Below, piece by piece: positions 1 to 12,435 of a DNA stretch of 64,000 bases. Below the pieces are notes generated by a model that saw only the letters and a program-made list of their open reading frames with translations, had not been told where the DNA came from and searched no databases. A program made the translations under genes and the position numbers. Every line of letters begins with the position of its first letter. Positions within the stretch are counted from its first letter, which is position 1. This stretch comes from Felis catus (Eukaryota): contig NC_058382.1 in the NCBI RefSeq assembly GCF_018350175.1, positions 9,858,001-9,922,000 on the forward strand, in the 5' to 3' direction.

Positions 1-949
1 GTTTAACCATGACGCGGTCGTTCCAGTTCTGTTTGCACTCTAGTCTTCCAGGGGAACCAGCTCTCCATCGCGTCCCATTTCTCCACCCCCCTGATGGCTC
101 CCTTTGAGGGTCTGGCCTCATTAGGGCGGCCGTCTCACTCACTTCCCCTCTCTCAGTGCCTCTGCCAGCTCTTGGCCAGTTTCTAGTTCCACTGCTTCCA
201 TCTCTATATCAGTCTCTCCCCATGACTCAGTCTTGTGAATTAACGAAGAGACATCTCACTGCGATGGAGCTGGGAGGCCCCAAGAACGGGGGAGCTCTCC
301 GGTGGTACCACGCGAGGTCAATCACTTGGAAGAATTGTCAAGCATAGGCTCCGAGAGAATGGTGGACAGCAAAGAATCATCAAATACCGGCCGCCACGGG
401 GGAGGAGGTTCAGGGTCAGTGGCATCTCCTTCAAGAAATCCACCGCCGCACCGGCACCTGGGTGGCTCAGAGGGTTCAGCGACCGACTCTTGATTTCCAC
501 TCAGGTCATGATCGCAGGGTCAAGGGATAGAGCCCCGTGAGTCTCTCTCTCCCTCTGTCCCCTCCCCGCTTCCGCTCTCGCTCTCTCGAATTTTTTTAAT
601 GCTTTAAAACTTTTTTAAAAAGAAACCCACCACCACAGCAACTCAAGGAGAAACCATCATCGCCCTGAATTCTTGCTTTCTCCAAGGCAAAGGACTTTCA
701 TTCAAAACCACCCCTCCCCACTTCGCCCCTCTTCTCCATGGTTTTTGCTATAGCCGGCCTGTCCCAAATTGCAACTCTCCGTTATCCCCAAGTAAAACCC
801 ACCTTGGCTGCCAAGATAACTTTTATTTTGAAGGCCAACAAGCGTCTTGCTCCTCCGTGGGAACTGCCCGCCTCCTGAGCCTCTGTTCACCAATTTCCAC
901 GCCCATCTTCCTACTCTCCTCCCCCCCCCAAGTTCACGGTGCCACCACA

Positions 950-1650
950 TTTTCTCTGCAGTCTCCGCGAGGCGCTCTGGGGGACCCCATCAGCTCCTCG
1001 CGCCTCCCCCCCGCCGCCATTAGTCCAGTTTCCGGCTTCCGTCCTCTCTTAACCTCCCCGCCTCTCGGTCCCTCAGCTTCTCCAAGCTTCTTTTCGCGAC
1101 TCCCATTTCTTCCAGTCTCGCGCCTCTCCGGGGCCCAGGCACTGCCGGGGCGCGCAGGCTCCATCTCCGTCCGCTTCTCCCGGCCTCTCTGGCTCCTCCA
1201 ACACACTTCCTCATCTTGGGATTTCCCTCCCGACCCCTCGGCTCGCTCCCCAGCTCCCCAACCTGCTCCGACCCGCGCCACCGCCGCCGCCCCACCCCCC
1301 TCACCTCACAACCGCCGCAGCCGCTCCAACTTCCGGTCCCCAGCGTCCCCCACGCGCCCAAAGCCGGCTCTGCGCCTGCGCACGCCACCTCCCCTCGCGG
1401 CCCGGCCCCACCCCGCCGCGGGCCGAGGAGCCGGCGCGCCCCCGGGAGCGTCCGAAAACCCACTCTGCGCCTGCGCACAGCACGCGCGGGCTCCGCCTCT
1501 CTGCAAGTGGAGCCGGGAGTGACGCTGCGCCCTCTAGGGACGGGGGGCAGCACTGCGGCGGAAACTCGGAAGCGCCTTCTCCCCCCGCGCACGCTACCCT
1601 CCCCCTGACTGTCACTTGCGCCCGGGACGCCCCGACGCCCCGGGGAGAAT
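950..1650 (-). promoter_or_regulatory. DHX34: CpG-island promoter, most likely of DHX34 (transcribed leftwards, out of the window)
   Basis: Very CpG-rich. ETS/GABPA motif ACTTCCGG at 1329-1336 and two NRF1-type TGCGCCTGCGCA motifs at 1371-1382 and 1466-1477. Gene identity rests on the conserved order C5AR1-C5AR2-DHX34; no DHX34 coding sequence is in the window. Confidence 0.75.
1305..1345 (-). other. DHX34: Putative non-coding exon 1 of DHX34
   Basis: Minus strand reads GGAAGTTGGAGCGGCTGCGGCGGTTGTGAG|gtgagg, a strong donor at 1304 just downstream of the ETS motif. The 5' end is approximate. Confidence 0.6.
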
Positions 1651-2099
1651 GCTAGCAGGAGCCCAGACGCTATGAAACCGCTCCCGTGATTGAGTCACTA
1701 CGATTCATAATTATTAATGCAAGATTCTGTTAACGCAAAATTCACCCTAGCAATTCACTAATAAATAATTCAGCTCCACTCCCCAGCCTCTTGAAGGCAG
1801 GGGCCGTTCCAGCTGTGGAGGTCCCATGTCCTCCAGCGTCCACCACAAGGATCAGAGAGTCGGTAAATGTTTGTTGACTAGTCCTAGGTGCCCCAGTCAT
1901 TGCGGGTCTGAGCCTCAGTTTCCCTATTTATAACATGAGGATAATACCTCCTTTTCAAGACCGTTGGGGAAAGTAAGCGAAAGTGTATACATAAGGTAAT
2001 ACATTGGTTTTTTTTCCCTACTGTACCTAGTAGGCCTTCAATAAATGTTAGAGCTTTCATTTTTATTGTATTCTCCTACCATTCCCCTTTTTCCTTAAG

Positions 2100-2940
2100 A
2101 TGATACTGCCATTGAGAAGCTACGGCCTTCAGTTCTAGACCCAGTTCTAGGCACTGAGCATACAGCAGCGGACGAGACAGATAAAGTCCCTCCTCCCCCG
2201 GAACTCCGGTTTTAGTAGGGGAAACAGACACATAAGTGAAAAGAATTGCCAAGAAGCACTGTCACGCTCTTTGGAGAAAAACAAAGCAGAAAAGGAGCAA
2301 GGAGTGTTATCATTTTAAGTAGCATGATCAAAGAGGACAGCTCCAAGGAAGCAGCATTTGAGCAGAGAGTCGAAAGACGTGAGGCAGCAAGCCACGGAGC
2401 CCCCTGGAGGTAAAGGAAATAGAAACCGCAGAGACTTCCATGGCAACAAAACTGGTCGTTCCAAGGTCAGCAAGCAGGCCTGTGTGGAGGGGGAAATAGC
2501 AGGGAATGAGGTAAGGAAAGAAGGCAGATAGATCAGATACACTCTGGTGAGGATTTTGGCTTCTCATCTGAGTGAGATGGGAGCCATGGGAGGAGTTTGA
2601 GCAGAGGAGGGACCTGAGGCATGATCTGACTTAGATTTTAATTGAATCCTCTGGCTCAGTGTGTGAGAAACAGACTGCAGGGTACCCAGATGAGGAAAGA
2701 GGACCGGGGAGGCCACTGATACAATCAAGGGAGAGATTGCAGACCAGGATGATGGCAGAGAAGATGGCAAGAAGTAATCGCGTTCTGTGGATATCTTAAG
2801 GTAGAACAAGGCGTCAAGGATGACTCCAACGTTTTTGGCTTGAGTGCCTGCAAATACGGAGTTGCCATCAGGAAAATAGGAGGGGAGGGCTCAGAGAGAA
2901 AACCCCAGAGTTTCACTGTGAGTGAATTAGTCAGTTACGG
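2100..2940 (-). mobile_element. LINE-2 (L2) 3' fragment
   Basis: Typical L2 phrases such as gggagccatgggaggagttttgagcagagg and atgactccaacgtttttggcttgag. Boundaries approximate. Confidence 0.65.
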
Positions 2941-4179
2941 GTTGGACACCAAGGTGGATGCCATTACAAATACAAACCTTCGGAAAACAATGTGAACACA
3001 GAGAGGCCCGTTCATCTGTCATTATCAAAAGAAGGGGAAGAAACTGACTAAGCACTTCTTGAAATTTACAAAAGCGAACAATTTATTTTTAAAGAAAAAT
3101 GGGAGGGAGTAAAAATACAAAGTCAAGATGTGAGTCACAAACTACCAACACGAGGAACAAGTAGAAAACTTGAAACTAGTTCTATTGGGACCCGGCCCAT
3201 CAGAAACAAGGAAATCAACACGTTCCAAGAACGAACAAAATTAAAAACAGAAAAGGGGAAGTTGCAACAAACAAAAAGCAAGATTACTTTTAACGACCCG
3301 GTTTCACAGAAATACCTTTGAAGGCTTACATGAAGTTTATTCTTCTTTCAAAAAAAAGTAAGGCTGATGCAGTGATAAATGACGACAAATTTCAAAAGCC
3401 ACAAAAGTCTTTTGATAAACATACCAAAGAAGAGCTCTCCTAAATGGCACCTGGTCCCAGTGGACTGACAGCAGGGTTTCCCCTGACTTTTCATGATGCT
3501 CTATAAATTGTCTCAGGACGTAATTCATTCTACGAGGGAATGTTGGTCTTAATAACTCATGCGTGTCAATTCTGAATGAAACGCCAGGAATAAAATAGGT
3601 ACTGTTGAGGACCTACTATGTATCCCTGTAGCAGATAGAGAAAAAAGATAGCAAGAAAGAGAACTTCATCGCATTGAGGAGCTCACGGTCTAGTTCGAAA
3701 ACAGGGTGTAGACCAAGATTGTTTTGATGTTGCTAAGACCTGGGATGGGGGGAGGAGAGACAGGAATAAAATTAGCGCACTGGTTGCCTGTGGGGAGTTG
3801 ACGGTTTGCCTGAGAACTTGTGTTCTAGAAACTCAAGTCAGAGAAGAGAACACTACGCCCTCCTTGGGAGGGGAATGGATCAGGGAGGGTTCCCCAGAGA
3901 CAGTGTCATTTGAAGGAAAATTTCTGAGCGTGGGCCCTGGAGTCAAGGGAACGTGGGGTCAAATCGCAGCTCTGTAATCTCCTTGCCGTGTGACGTTGGG
4001 CAAACGACCTCCGCTCCCTGAGCCTCATCTTATAAAATGAAGCATCTCTCGTTCCTTCCCTGTGTTGTTGATGGAATTACCCTAAAGGAGAAACTATGTG
4101 TAAGATGCTGTCCTGGAGGAAAGACTCTATATCCAGGTGCCACTACCATGTGACTTAAAAGATGTAAGCAGGTGAGATT

Positions 4180-4335
4180 CTCCAGGGGCCCTTCCCAATA
4201 GAACTTTCTGCAGTGGTGGAAGGGTTCTGTATCTGCATGACCCGATATGGTAGCCACCAGCGACACGTGGCTATCTATCGAAGCTAGTGCAACTGAGAAA
4301 CTAAATGTTGCATTTGAATTCATTTGAATTTGAGT
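4180..4335. mobile_element. MER3/MER33-like hAT-Charlie DNA transposon remnant
   Basis: ccaatagaactttctgcagtggtggaa...atatggtagccaccagcgacacgtggcta resembles the MER3 consensus. Confidence 0.55.
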
Positions 4336-4429
4336 AAGATTGGGCAGCACAGATCCAAAGGGCATTCTGGGCAACGGCAGCAGCTTGGGGAAACGGCCCA
4401 GAAGCATGAACTAATCCAGCTCAGAGGAT

Positions 4430-5040
4430 CCGTGTGAGTTTCCTGTGGCTGCCAATTAAGAAGTAACCACAGGGGCGCCTGGGTGGCGCAGTCGGTTAAG
4501 CAGCCGACTTCAGCCAGGTCACGATCTCGCGGTCCGTGAGTTCGAGCCCCGCGTCGGGCTCTGGGCTGATGGCTCAGAGCCTGGAACCTGTTTCTGATTC
4601 TGTGTCTCCCTCTCTCTCTGCCCCTCCCCCATTCATGCTCTGTCTCTCTCTGTCCCAAAAATAAATAAATGTTGAAAAAAAAATTAAAAAAAAAAAAAGA
4701 AGTAACCACAAATGTAGTGACTTAAAACAATGCAAATTTATTCTGTAAGTTTTGGGGGGTCGGGAGTCTCAAATCAAGGTGTCGGTAAGCCCCTTCTGGG
4801 GCCGCATTCTGTCTCCAGTCGCTCACATCTGCTTCTGTTGTTACATCTGCCACTGACTCTGACTGATAAGGACCCTTGTGATTCCCTTGGGCCCATGCAG
4901 ATCATCTAAGATAGTCTCCCCACCCCCAAGATCCTTAATCGCATCTGCAAAGTTCCCTTTGCCACGGTAGGTCACATAGTCACAGGCTCAGGGGATTAGG
5001 ATGTGGACCTCATTAGGGGCCATTATTCTGTCTGCTACAA
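4430..5040 (-). mobile_element. MLT1 (ERVL-MaLR) LTR interrupted by a SINE
   Basis: gtgacttaaaacaatgcaaatttattct...aaggacccttgtgatt...ggggccattattctgtctgctaca are MLT1-type phrases. Confidence 0.6.
4472..4696 (+). mobile_element. Young felid Can-SINE (SINEC_Fc)
   Basis: GGGGCGCCTGGGTGGCGCAGTCGGTTAAG head, (CT)n region and A-rich tail; TSD aagaagtaaccaca on both sides (4458-4471 and 4697-4710). Confidence 0.95.
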
Positions 5041-5545
5041 GAATATACTAGAATATAAACGTGTCCAGTAGTGGAGAGAAGCCTCAAATACCAAGCTAAG
5101 GAGCGAGGACGTAGGCTTTCCTTCAAAATACACCCGTAATCTGTCACCTTCTCACTACCTCTGCTCTTACCCTGACTCGAGTCACCATCACTTTTTGCTC
5201 AGACTATTGCAGTAGTCTCTTTGCTGTTGCAATGGCTCCTCGTGTCCCTTCCGCCCACCCCCATAGACTTGTCTCCACCAGCAACTAGAAGGACCCTATT
5301 AAAATCTAAGTCAGATCAAGACCTCTTTCTGCTCAGAAAAGGGTTGCCTGATGTAGATTAGAAAAAAAAAAATTACAGGGATGCCTGGGTGGCCCATTTG
5401 GTCGAGGATCTGGCTCTTGGTTTCGGCTCAGGTCATGATCTCATGGCTTGTGAGTTCGAGCCCCATGTCGGGCTCTGTGCTGACAGCTCAGAGCTTGGAG
5501 CCTGCTTTGGATTCTGTATCCCTCTCTTGCTCTGCCCCTCCTTCA

Positions 5546-5581
<36 letters not shown>

Positions 5582-5689
5582 AATAAATAAAATATTAAAA
5601 TAAAAAAATTTTTAAACCTTTTCCTTGTTATTTACCTGAAACTCAAATTTACTGGGTCTTGTGTATTTTAACTGATAAGAGTAGCTCAG

Positions 5690-6235
5690 AACACTCCCAT
5701 GGATCTCCAGACACTTGCTATGGCCTGAGAGCCTTTCAAATCTGGCCCCCCACTATCTCTCTCCCTTTCTCACCCCACTTTCCCTCTTGTTCCCTCCACA
5801 CTGGCCTTTTCACTCTTCCTGGAATATGCCAAGCACATTGTGCCTCAGGGCCTTTGTACTTGCTGCGCCCCGTGTTTAACATACTTTAAGCATGACCTCT
5901 CCCTCCCTTCCTCGGGTCTTGGCTAAAATATCACCTTACCCGATGAGCCTTGCCTGACTGATCTATATCCCTGCCTCACTCAGCCCTTTTCGTCCCCTTT
6001 AGATTTCTTAACACTTATCACCACTTGATGTATTCCATATTCACTTTTTCTTTGCTTTCTGTCGGTCTTCGTCCACGAGAATATTGTCTTGCTTTCTGTC
6101 GGTCTTCGTCCACTAGAATGCCAGCTCCCCGAGGGCAGGGGTCTGTGTCTGTTTTGGTCACTGCCACTTCCTTAGTGCCTATAATAGGGCTTTACACACA
6201 GCAGGTGCATAACGAATGGATGTTAAACGGATAGA
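5690..6235 (+). mobile_element. L2 3' end lying in the C5AR2 3'UTR region
   Basis: gcctcagggcctttgtacttgctg...tagaatgccagctccccgagggcaggg...cagcaggtgcataacgaatggatg is an L2 terminus. Confidence 0.65.
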
Positions 6236-6334
6236 GAAATCAGTGATGACATCATTGAGCCCCTGGATCCAGCCGTGCCTGAAGCCAAATTTGCGAAATC
6301 GGACAGAAGAACACAAACCAAGTTTCCTTCTAGC

Positions 6335-7348
6335 CTACACCTCCATCTCCGACACGAGGTTGTGGCTGGTGGATTTCTTGCTGACCACGCTTTCATCCTT
6401 GCTCTGCGACTCCTTCAGGGCCCAGTGACACGCGGCCGGCAGTGACCTGCGCAGTTGCGTCCTCCCGAAATACAGGAAGAGCATGGGGTTGAGGCAGCTG
6501 TGAGCCAGAGCCAGGCCGGTGACCAGGGGTTCGGCCCGCAGGGCCCGGGCCAGGAGCGCGGAGTGCGGGGCGGCCACGGCAAGCACCAGCCCCAGCACGT
6601 GGTAGGGGGCCCAGCACACAAAGAAGCCCACCACGACAGCCATGCCCAGTGGCCAGCGGCGTCGGGCCGCGCGGCACAGGAGAGCACCGTGGCAGCCGGC
6701 CACGACCGCCAGGGGGCCCAGGAAGCCAAAGACGAAGCGGGTCGCGGTCACGGTGTTCTCGACCGAGGCGGACCCACCATAGTCCACTACACATTCCAGG
6801 CGTTGAGGGAAATGCTCCTGGTGCAGCCGGCGATAGATGGCCGAAGGCACGGTGAGCAACAGGGCCACCGTCCAGGCGACCGCGCAGGCTGCCTGCACCC
6901 TACGAGCCCGCCCGGCGGCGGCCCCCCAGCCGGGCCTGAGGGCCAGCAGGCAGAGGTCCGCGCTGAGAGCGGCCAGGAGGAGCACGCTGGCGTACATAGA
7001 CAGCAGGATGGCCGAGGACAGGGCCCGACAGCCCACCGCCCCGTACGGCCAGTGGCCCCCGAGGGCGAGGGGCACCGCCAGCATGGGGAGTGACAAACAG
7101 CAGAGCAGATCCGCCACGGCCAGGTGGAGGAACCAGCTGGCACCGACCCGGTGGCGGGCCTCTTTCCTGGACACCCAGGCCACCACGGCATTGCCCGGCA
7201 CGCCCAGCAGGAAGACCGCCCCGTAGAGCAGGAACGGGGCGGCGCCCAGCGGGTCGCTGGAGACACAGGTGCCGTCCATGCAGTCCACGGGGAGGTCCGG
7301 AATCCCGTTGTAATCCCCATACTCGTAGCTGACCGACGTGTTCTCCAT
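6335..7348 (-). CDS. C5AR2: C5a anaphylatoxin chemotactic receptor 2 (C5L2/GPR77), 337 aa, single coding exon
   Basis: 7TM class A GPCR running MENTSVSYEYGDY...NLVSEMEV. Diagnostic DLC in place of DRY, NPMLF in place of NPxxY, and a short ICL3. ATG at 7346-7348; splice acceptor ttctccccggttcag| 15 nt upstream (exon starts 7363). The ORF-track start at 7408 is intronic. Confidence 0.97.
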   Translation of the reverse strand: MENTSVSYEYGDYNGIPDLPVDCMDGTCVSSDPLGAAPFLLYGAVFLLGVPGNAVVAWVSRKEARHRVGASWFLHLAVADLLCCLSLPMLAVPLALGGHWPYGAVGCRALSSAILLSMYASVLLLAALSADLCLLALRPGWGAAAGRARRVQAACAVAWTVALLLTVPSAIYRRLHQEHFPQRLECVVDYGGSASVENTVTATRFVFGFLGPLAVVAGCHGALLCRAARRRWPLGMAVVVGFFVCWAPYHVLGLVLAVAAPHSALLARALRAEPLVTGLALAHSCLNPMLFLYFGRTQLRRSLPAACHWALKESQSKDESVVSKKSTSHNLVSEMEV

Positions 7349-7976
7349 CCAGGCCCCAGACACCTGAACCGGGGAGAAAGACGTGGAAAGTGAGGAGGAA
7401 ACCCACACCCCCCCCCCGGGTCCCCGGAATCCAAGGGGGTGGGAGCCCCATTAGCGGCTTGGAGACTAGACGCTGTGACGGCCTCCGAACCGCAGCGCGT
7501 TCCGGTCCTGCGACTAGCTGGGGAGCGACTTGGACTTCGAGGACGATGCCACGTCAGCACGCCCGCCCCCCCCCCCCCCGTTGGAATCCTGGAATTCCAG
7601 AACTAGCTCCAGAGCATGCGGGAATTCTAGAATGTCGCAGTGTTAGAACCCAGGCCTCTTAGCATCTGGGAATAACGGAGCGCTACAGTGTCACGACATG
7701 ATCACGATCGGAGCGCCTGGGTGGCCTAGGGGGTGCAGCGACAGACTCTTGATCTCAGCTCAGGTCGTGATCTCATGGTTGGTGAGTTCGAGCCCAGCGT
7801 GGGGCTGCGTGCCAACAGCTGGGAGCCTGGAGCCTGCTTTGGATTCTGTGTCTCCCTCTCTTTCTCTCTCTCTCTCCGCCCCTCCCTGCTCGTCCTCTGC
7901 CTCTGTCTCTCAAAAATAAATAAACATTAAAAAAATATTTTTATATAAAAAAATGATCGTGATAAAAAAATTCTTG

Positions 7977-8190
7977 GGGGCGCCTGGGTGGCGCAGTCGG
8001 TTAAGCGTCCGACTTCAGCCAGGTCATGATCTTGCGGTCCGTGAGTTCGAGCCCCGCGTCGGGCTCTGGGCTGATGGTTCAGAGCCTGGAGCCTGTTTCC
8101 GATTCTGTGTCTCCCTCTCTCTCTGCCCCTCCCCCGTTCATGCTCTGTCTCTCTCTGTCCCAAAAATAAATAAACATTGAAAAAAAAATT
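7977..8190 (+). mobile_element. Young SINEC_Fc within a cluster of three tandem SINEs (about 7710-8510)
   Basis: Near-identical to the copies at 4472, 15299, 21854, 32780, 35152 and 45082. Confidence 0.9.
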
Positions 8191-9376
8191 TTTTTTTAAT
8201 TCTTGGAATCCCCAAATATTATAGTAGAACCCTAGCCAATTATTATTTGGAATTTCCAGAGCAGCGCTGTGTGTTCATGGAAATGTCCTCTATGGAGGCG
8301 CCTGGGGGGGCTCAGTCGGTTGAGTGTCCGACATCAGCTCAGGTCATGATCTCGCGGTTTGTGGGTTCAAGCCCCACGTCAGGTTCTGTGCTGACAGCTC
8401 AGAGCCTGGAGCCTGCTTCGGATTCGGTGTCTCCCTCTCTCTCTGCCCCTCCCCCGTTCATGCTCTGTCTCTCTCTGTCTCAAAAATAAATAAACATTAA
8501 AAAAAATTAGAAAAAAAAAAGAAGCAAAATACAGTATCTTAGAAGGTGATAAATGCTATGGCAAAAAAAAAAAAGAAAAAAAAAGAAAAAAAAAAGAAAA
8601 ATCACGCAGGGAATTTTAAATAAGTGGTCAAAGACGGCCTCTCTGAGAAGGTGACATTTGAACAAAGCCATAAAGGAGGCGAGAGGGATGAGCCGTGTGG
8701 GGATCTGAGAGAAGAGAGTTCCCGGCAGAGGGAACAGCCAGTGCAAAGGCCCTGAGGTGAGAACATGGCCAGTCACGTTCAAGGAACAGTGAATCCTTCG
8801 ATCCCTATAACAACCCTCTGATTCTAACACTGCTACTGCACCCCTTCTGCAGACGAGAAAACAGGCACAGAGAAATAACCTCCCTAAGACCATCCAGCTA
8901 AGCAAGTAACAGAGCTGAGTTTTGAACTGGGTTGGCCCCACCCCGGACCTCCGGGCCCTGGAATATATTCACCCCGAAATCTTAGATTCAGAAGGCAGGA
9001 CAGCCCGTGGCCCGGAGCAGACCTGGGCTCTGAAACTGAGTTTCAGTTGGCTCTCTCTCGGTTTCCTCATCTGAGAAATGAGTCACGGAGGTGGACCTAC
9101 CTCATCGGTTTGGGGCGGAGGGGAAGGAGGCCTTGAGGAGTTGGTGTGTGTAAATCACGTGGCACAGACAAAGGGCTCAGGTAGACTGTAGACGATCCCC
9201 CATAATGTCAGACCTGACCCTGTGGCTGTCTGCTGACTCTGCGTGGGCTGGCTGGCCCTACCCAGAGCCCTAACTGGCATGGACACAACAGGAAGAGCAG
9301 AGGGGAAGTTGGGACACCTTCTGCCCCCTCCACCCCGCCAACTAGCTGCCAACTAGCTGCTAAGAGGCCCGGCCAC

Positions 9377-9378
<2 letters not shown>

Positions 9379-9406
<28 letters not shown>
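9379..9406. repeat. (TG)n microsatellite
   Basis: Perfect TG run of about 14 units. Confidence 0.95.
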
Positions 9407-9409
<3 letters not shown>

Positions 9410-11138
9410 GCTTTAAAAATTCAGGGGCGCCTGGGTGGCTCAGTCGGTTAAGCATCCGACCTCGGCTCAGGTTATGATCTCGCTGTCCGTGGATCCGAGC
9501 CCCGCGTCGGGGTCTGTGCTGATGGCTCGGAGCCTGGAGCCTGTTTCCGATTCTGTGTCTCCCTCTCTCTCTGCCCCTCCCCCGCTCATGCTCTGTCTCT
9601 CTCTGTCTCAAAAAAAAAAAAAAATTAAAAAAAATTTTAAATTCAAACCCTCACCAGCCGTGTGGCCTTGGGCGGGTCACTGAACCTCTCTGTTCCTCAC
9701 CTTCCCCGTCTGTGAGACGAGGATAATGATATTCCTCCCTTAGAGGTGTCGCGAGCATTCAGCAAGTGAATCGGGGCGACAAGCCGAACCCAGCGCCTGG
9801 TCCACAGTGAGCATGTGACATGTCAGCTGCTGCTACACACACCCTCTCTCCCACCCTAAGACCCCCGCCCTGCCCAGGTTTTACTGGTTAAAGTCTGGAA
9901 AGCATTCCGCGTGTTGGCAGCTCGACCAGTCTGTGGTATTTCCCTTTTCAGATGTCAGACAGGGATGGAACATTCCAGCACCCCCTGGGTCATCTCTCAG
10001 CCTTTTCCACGCAACGTGTTTTCGATCTGTTTCCCTATCGGCACACACATCCACCCTTTGCTTACGGTTCAGAATCGGCCCCCTGGCTGGACGGGTCGTG
10101 CTCATTAACCAGCCTTAGACTAAATAAAGGATGTTGAAAAAAAAAATTTTTTTTTAAGTTTATTTATTTGAGAGAGAGACAGCGTGAGCAGGGGAGGGGC
10201 AGAGAGAAAGAGAGAGAATCAAAAGCGGGCTCTGCGCTACCAGCAAAGCTGCGAGATCGTGACCTGAGCTGAAACCAAGAGTCGGACGCTTCACCGACGG
10301 AGCCACCCAGGCGCCCCAATAAAGGACAGTTTTAATGATGGTCACGAGCAGCTTAATTATTTTATCACCTTTTGTGCAATAAACTATATTCATATAACTA
10401 TATCTACGTGTAAAACATAATTACCAAAATAACTATGATTATTACTTTATAACAATGAAGAGAGCAGATGACATTTATTGAGCACCTACTATGTACCAGG
10501 CATAACCCTTAAGACAACGCTATGAGGTACGTGCCTTGTTATGCCCCATTTCCCAAACCGTTGGCTACTTCTGGCTCCACTGTGTCCCCGGCATCTAGAA
10601 GGGCACCCGGCCCGCAGCGGGTGCTTAGGGGATGTTTGGCGAGTAAAGGAATGAAGAGGGAAACTGAGGCACCGAGAAACAAACGGCTGACTTCGGCTTC
10701 TTTCGGTTCCTTGAGATCCCAAGCACCCGTGTGAGTGCTCTTGGCACACGTGTGTCTGTAAATCAGCCTGTCGTGTTGGAACCCCTGGGGCCCGGGGGAA
10801 CCGTGGAGCAGAATGGACTTGAACCCAACATGGGATACCTCACCGCCACCTCCCAGAGAAGCATACATATGCTCATCAAAAGACCTTTGCCAGAAGCGTC
10901 ACGTTCACAGCAGCCCATGTTGGGAAACCACCCAAATGGTCACCCACAGGGGAACGAATAAACAGAGCAGGGTATGTTCCTGCGGTGGAATGTTCTACAA
11001 CAATGAGAATAAGCAAACCACACACGCGAAGGTGGATAGATCTCATACATACACTGCTGAGGGGAGAGATCCAGACAGACACGCAGGAGGGTTGACTGAG
11101 TAGTATCATTCTCATCAAGTTCAAACACGAGCAGAAGA

Positions 11139-12106
11139 GGGGCGCCTGGGTGGCTCAGTCAGTCGGTTAAGCGTCCAACTTCGGCTCAGGTCATGATCTC
11201 ACGGTCCGTGAGTTCGAGCCCCGCGTCGGGGCTCTGTGCTGACAGCTCAGAGCCTAGAGCCTGTTTCAGATTCTGTGTCTCCCTCTCTCTGACCCTCCCC
11301 CGTTCATGCTCTGTCTCTCTCTGTCTCAAAAGTAAATAAACGTTAAAAAAATTTAAAAAAGAAAAAAAAAACTAGCAGAAGAATTATCTGGGGGGGTTAG
11401 TGACTGGGGGAACGGGAGGGCACTTTGGGACCAGGGTTGGGCTATTTCTTTTTTTTATTTTTAATATTTATGTATGTTGAGGGGCGCCTGGGTAGCTCAG
11501 GCGGTGAAGCGTCCGACTCTTGGTGTCGGCTCAGGTCACGATCTGGCGTTTTCGTGAGTTCGAGCCCCGTATCGGGCTCTGGGCTGACCGCGCGGAACCT
11601 GCTTGGGATTCTCTGTCTCCTTCTCCCTCTGCCGCTTCCTGCTCACATTGTCTCTGTCTCTCTCCAAATAAATAAATAAACCTTAAAAAAAATTTTTTTT
11701 TTTTTAATCTTGAGAGCGGGGAGAGGTAGAGAGAGAGAGGGAGAGAGAATCTTAAGCAGGCTTCACGCTCGGCGAGGAGCCCAACGCGGGGCTCGATCTC
11801 ACAAACGGGGAGATCACCGCCTGAGCTGAGATCGAGAGTCTGACGCTCAACCCACTGAGCCACCCAGGCACCCCCGGATTGTGCTATTTCTTAAATTTTT
11901 TTTTTAACGTTTATTTATTTTTGAGACAGAGAGAGACAGAGCATGAACGGGGGAGGGTCAGTGAGAGGGAGACACAGCATCCGAAACAGGCTCCAGGCTC
12001 TGAGCTGTCAGCACAGAGCCTGACGCGGGGCTCGAACTCACGGACCGCGAGATCATGACCTGAGCCGAAGTCGGACGCTCAACTGACTGCGCCACCCAGG
12101 CGCCCC
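11139..12106. mobile_element. Cluster of four Can-SINEs (two +, then two -)
   Basis: Heads at 11139(+), 11481(+), about 11875(-) and 12106(-); the middle pair is tail-to-tail. Confidence 0.85.
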
Positions 12107-12435
12107 AATAAAGTCAAAGTCTTAAGAAGTGGGATGACTGAGTCGAAGGGCTAGGTCACAGGACGCATTGCCATTTGCTGGGGTCTCCAGAAACTGCCCG
12201 AGATCCTGGAGGTGGAAGACTGACCTCCACCTGGGTGGGAGGGCTACGTGGGTCCTTTGCCCCAAGCTTTTCTGCCGGACTGCCCGCGTAAATTCCAAGG
12301 GTCTGGAATCGCAACGGAATGGTGAGAGGGTTCCATCTCTCCAGTCCCAGGACTGATTCCCAGCTTCTGACAATCATTCGTCTGAAAGGCCAAGCTGGTG
12401 CGACGCCTCCCGCCCGCCCTTCCCTCCGTCCTTAC

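Noticed and set aside
857-1615. Several long ORFs in the DHX34 CpG island
   Set aside because: Stop-poor GC-rich promoter sequence with no coding signature.
6943-6965. DLC instead of DRY (and NPMLF) in C5AR2 as a novel loss of function
   Set aside because: Well-known normal features of this G-protein-uncoupled receptor.
7349-7408. ORF-track N-terminal extension of C5AR2
   Set aside because: Non-ATG start that crosses the splice acceptor at 7363/7364; the true start is 7348.
7953-8180. Recurrent ORFs such as GAPGWRSRLSVRLQPGHDL and MISRFVGSSPASGS
   Set aside because: Translations of Can-SINE copies, not a gene family and not a CRISPR-like array.
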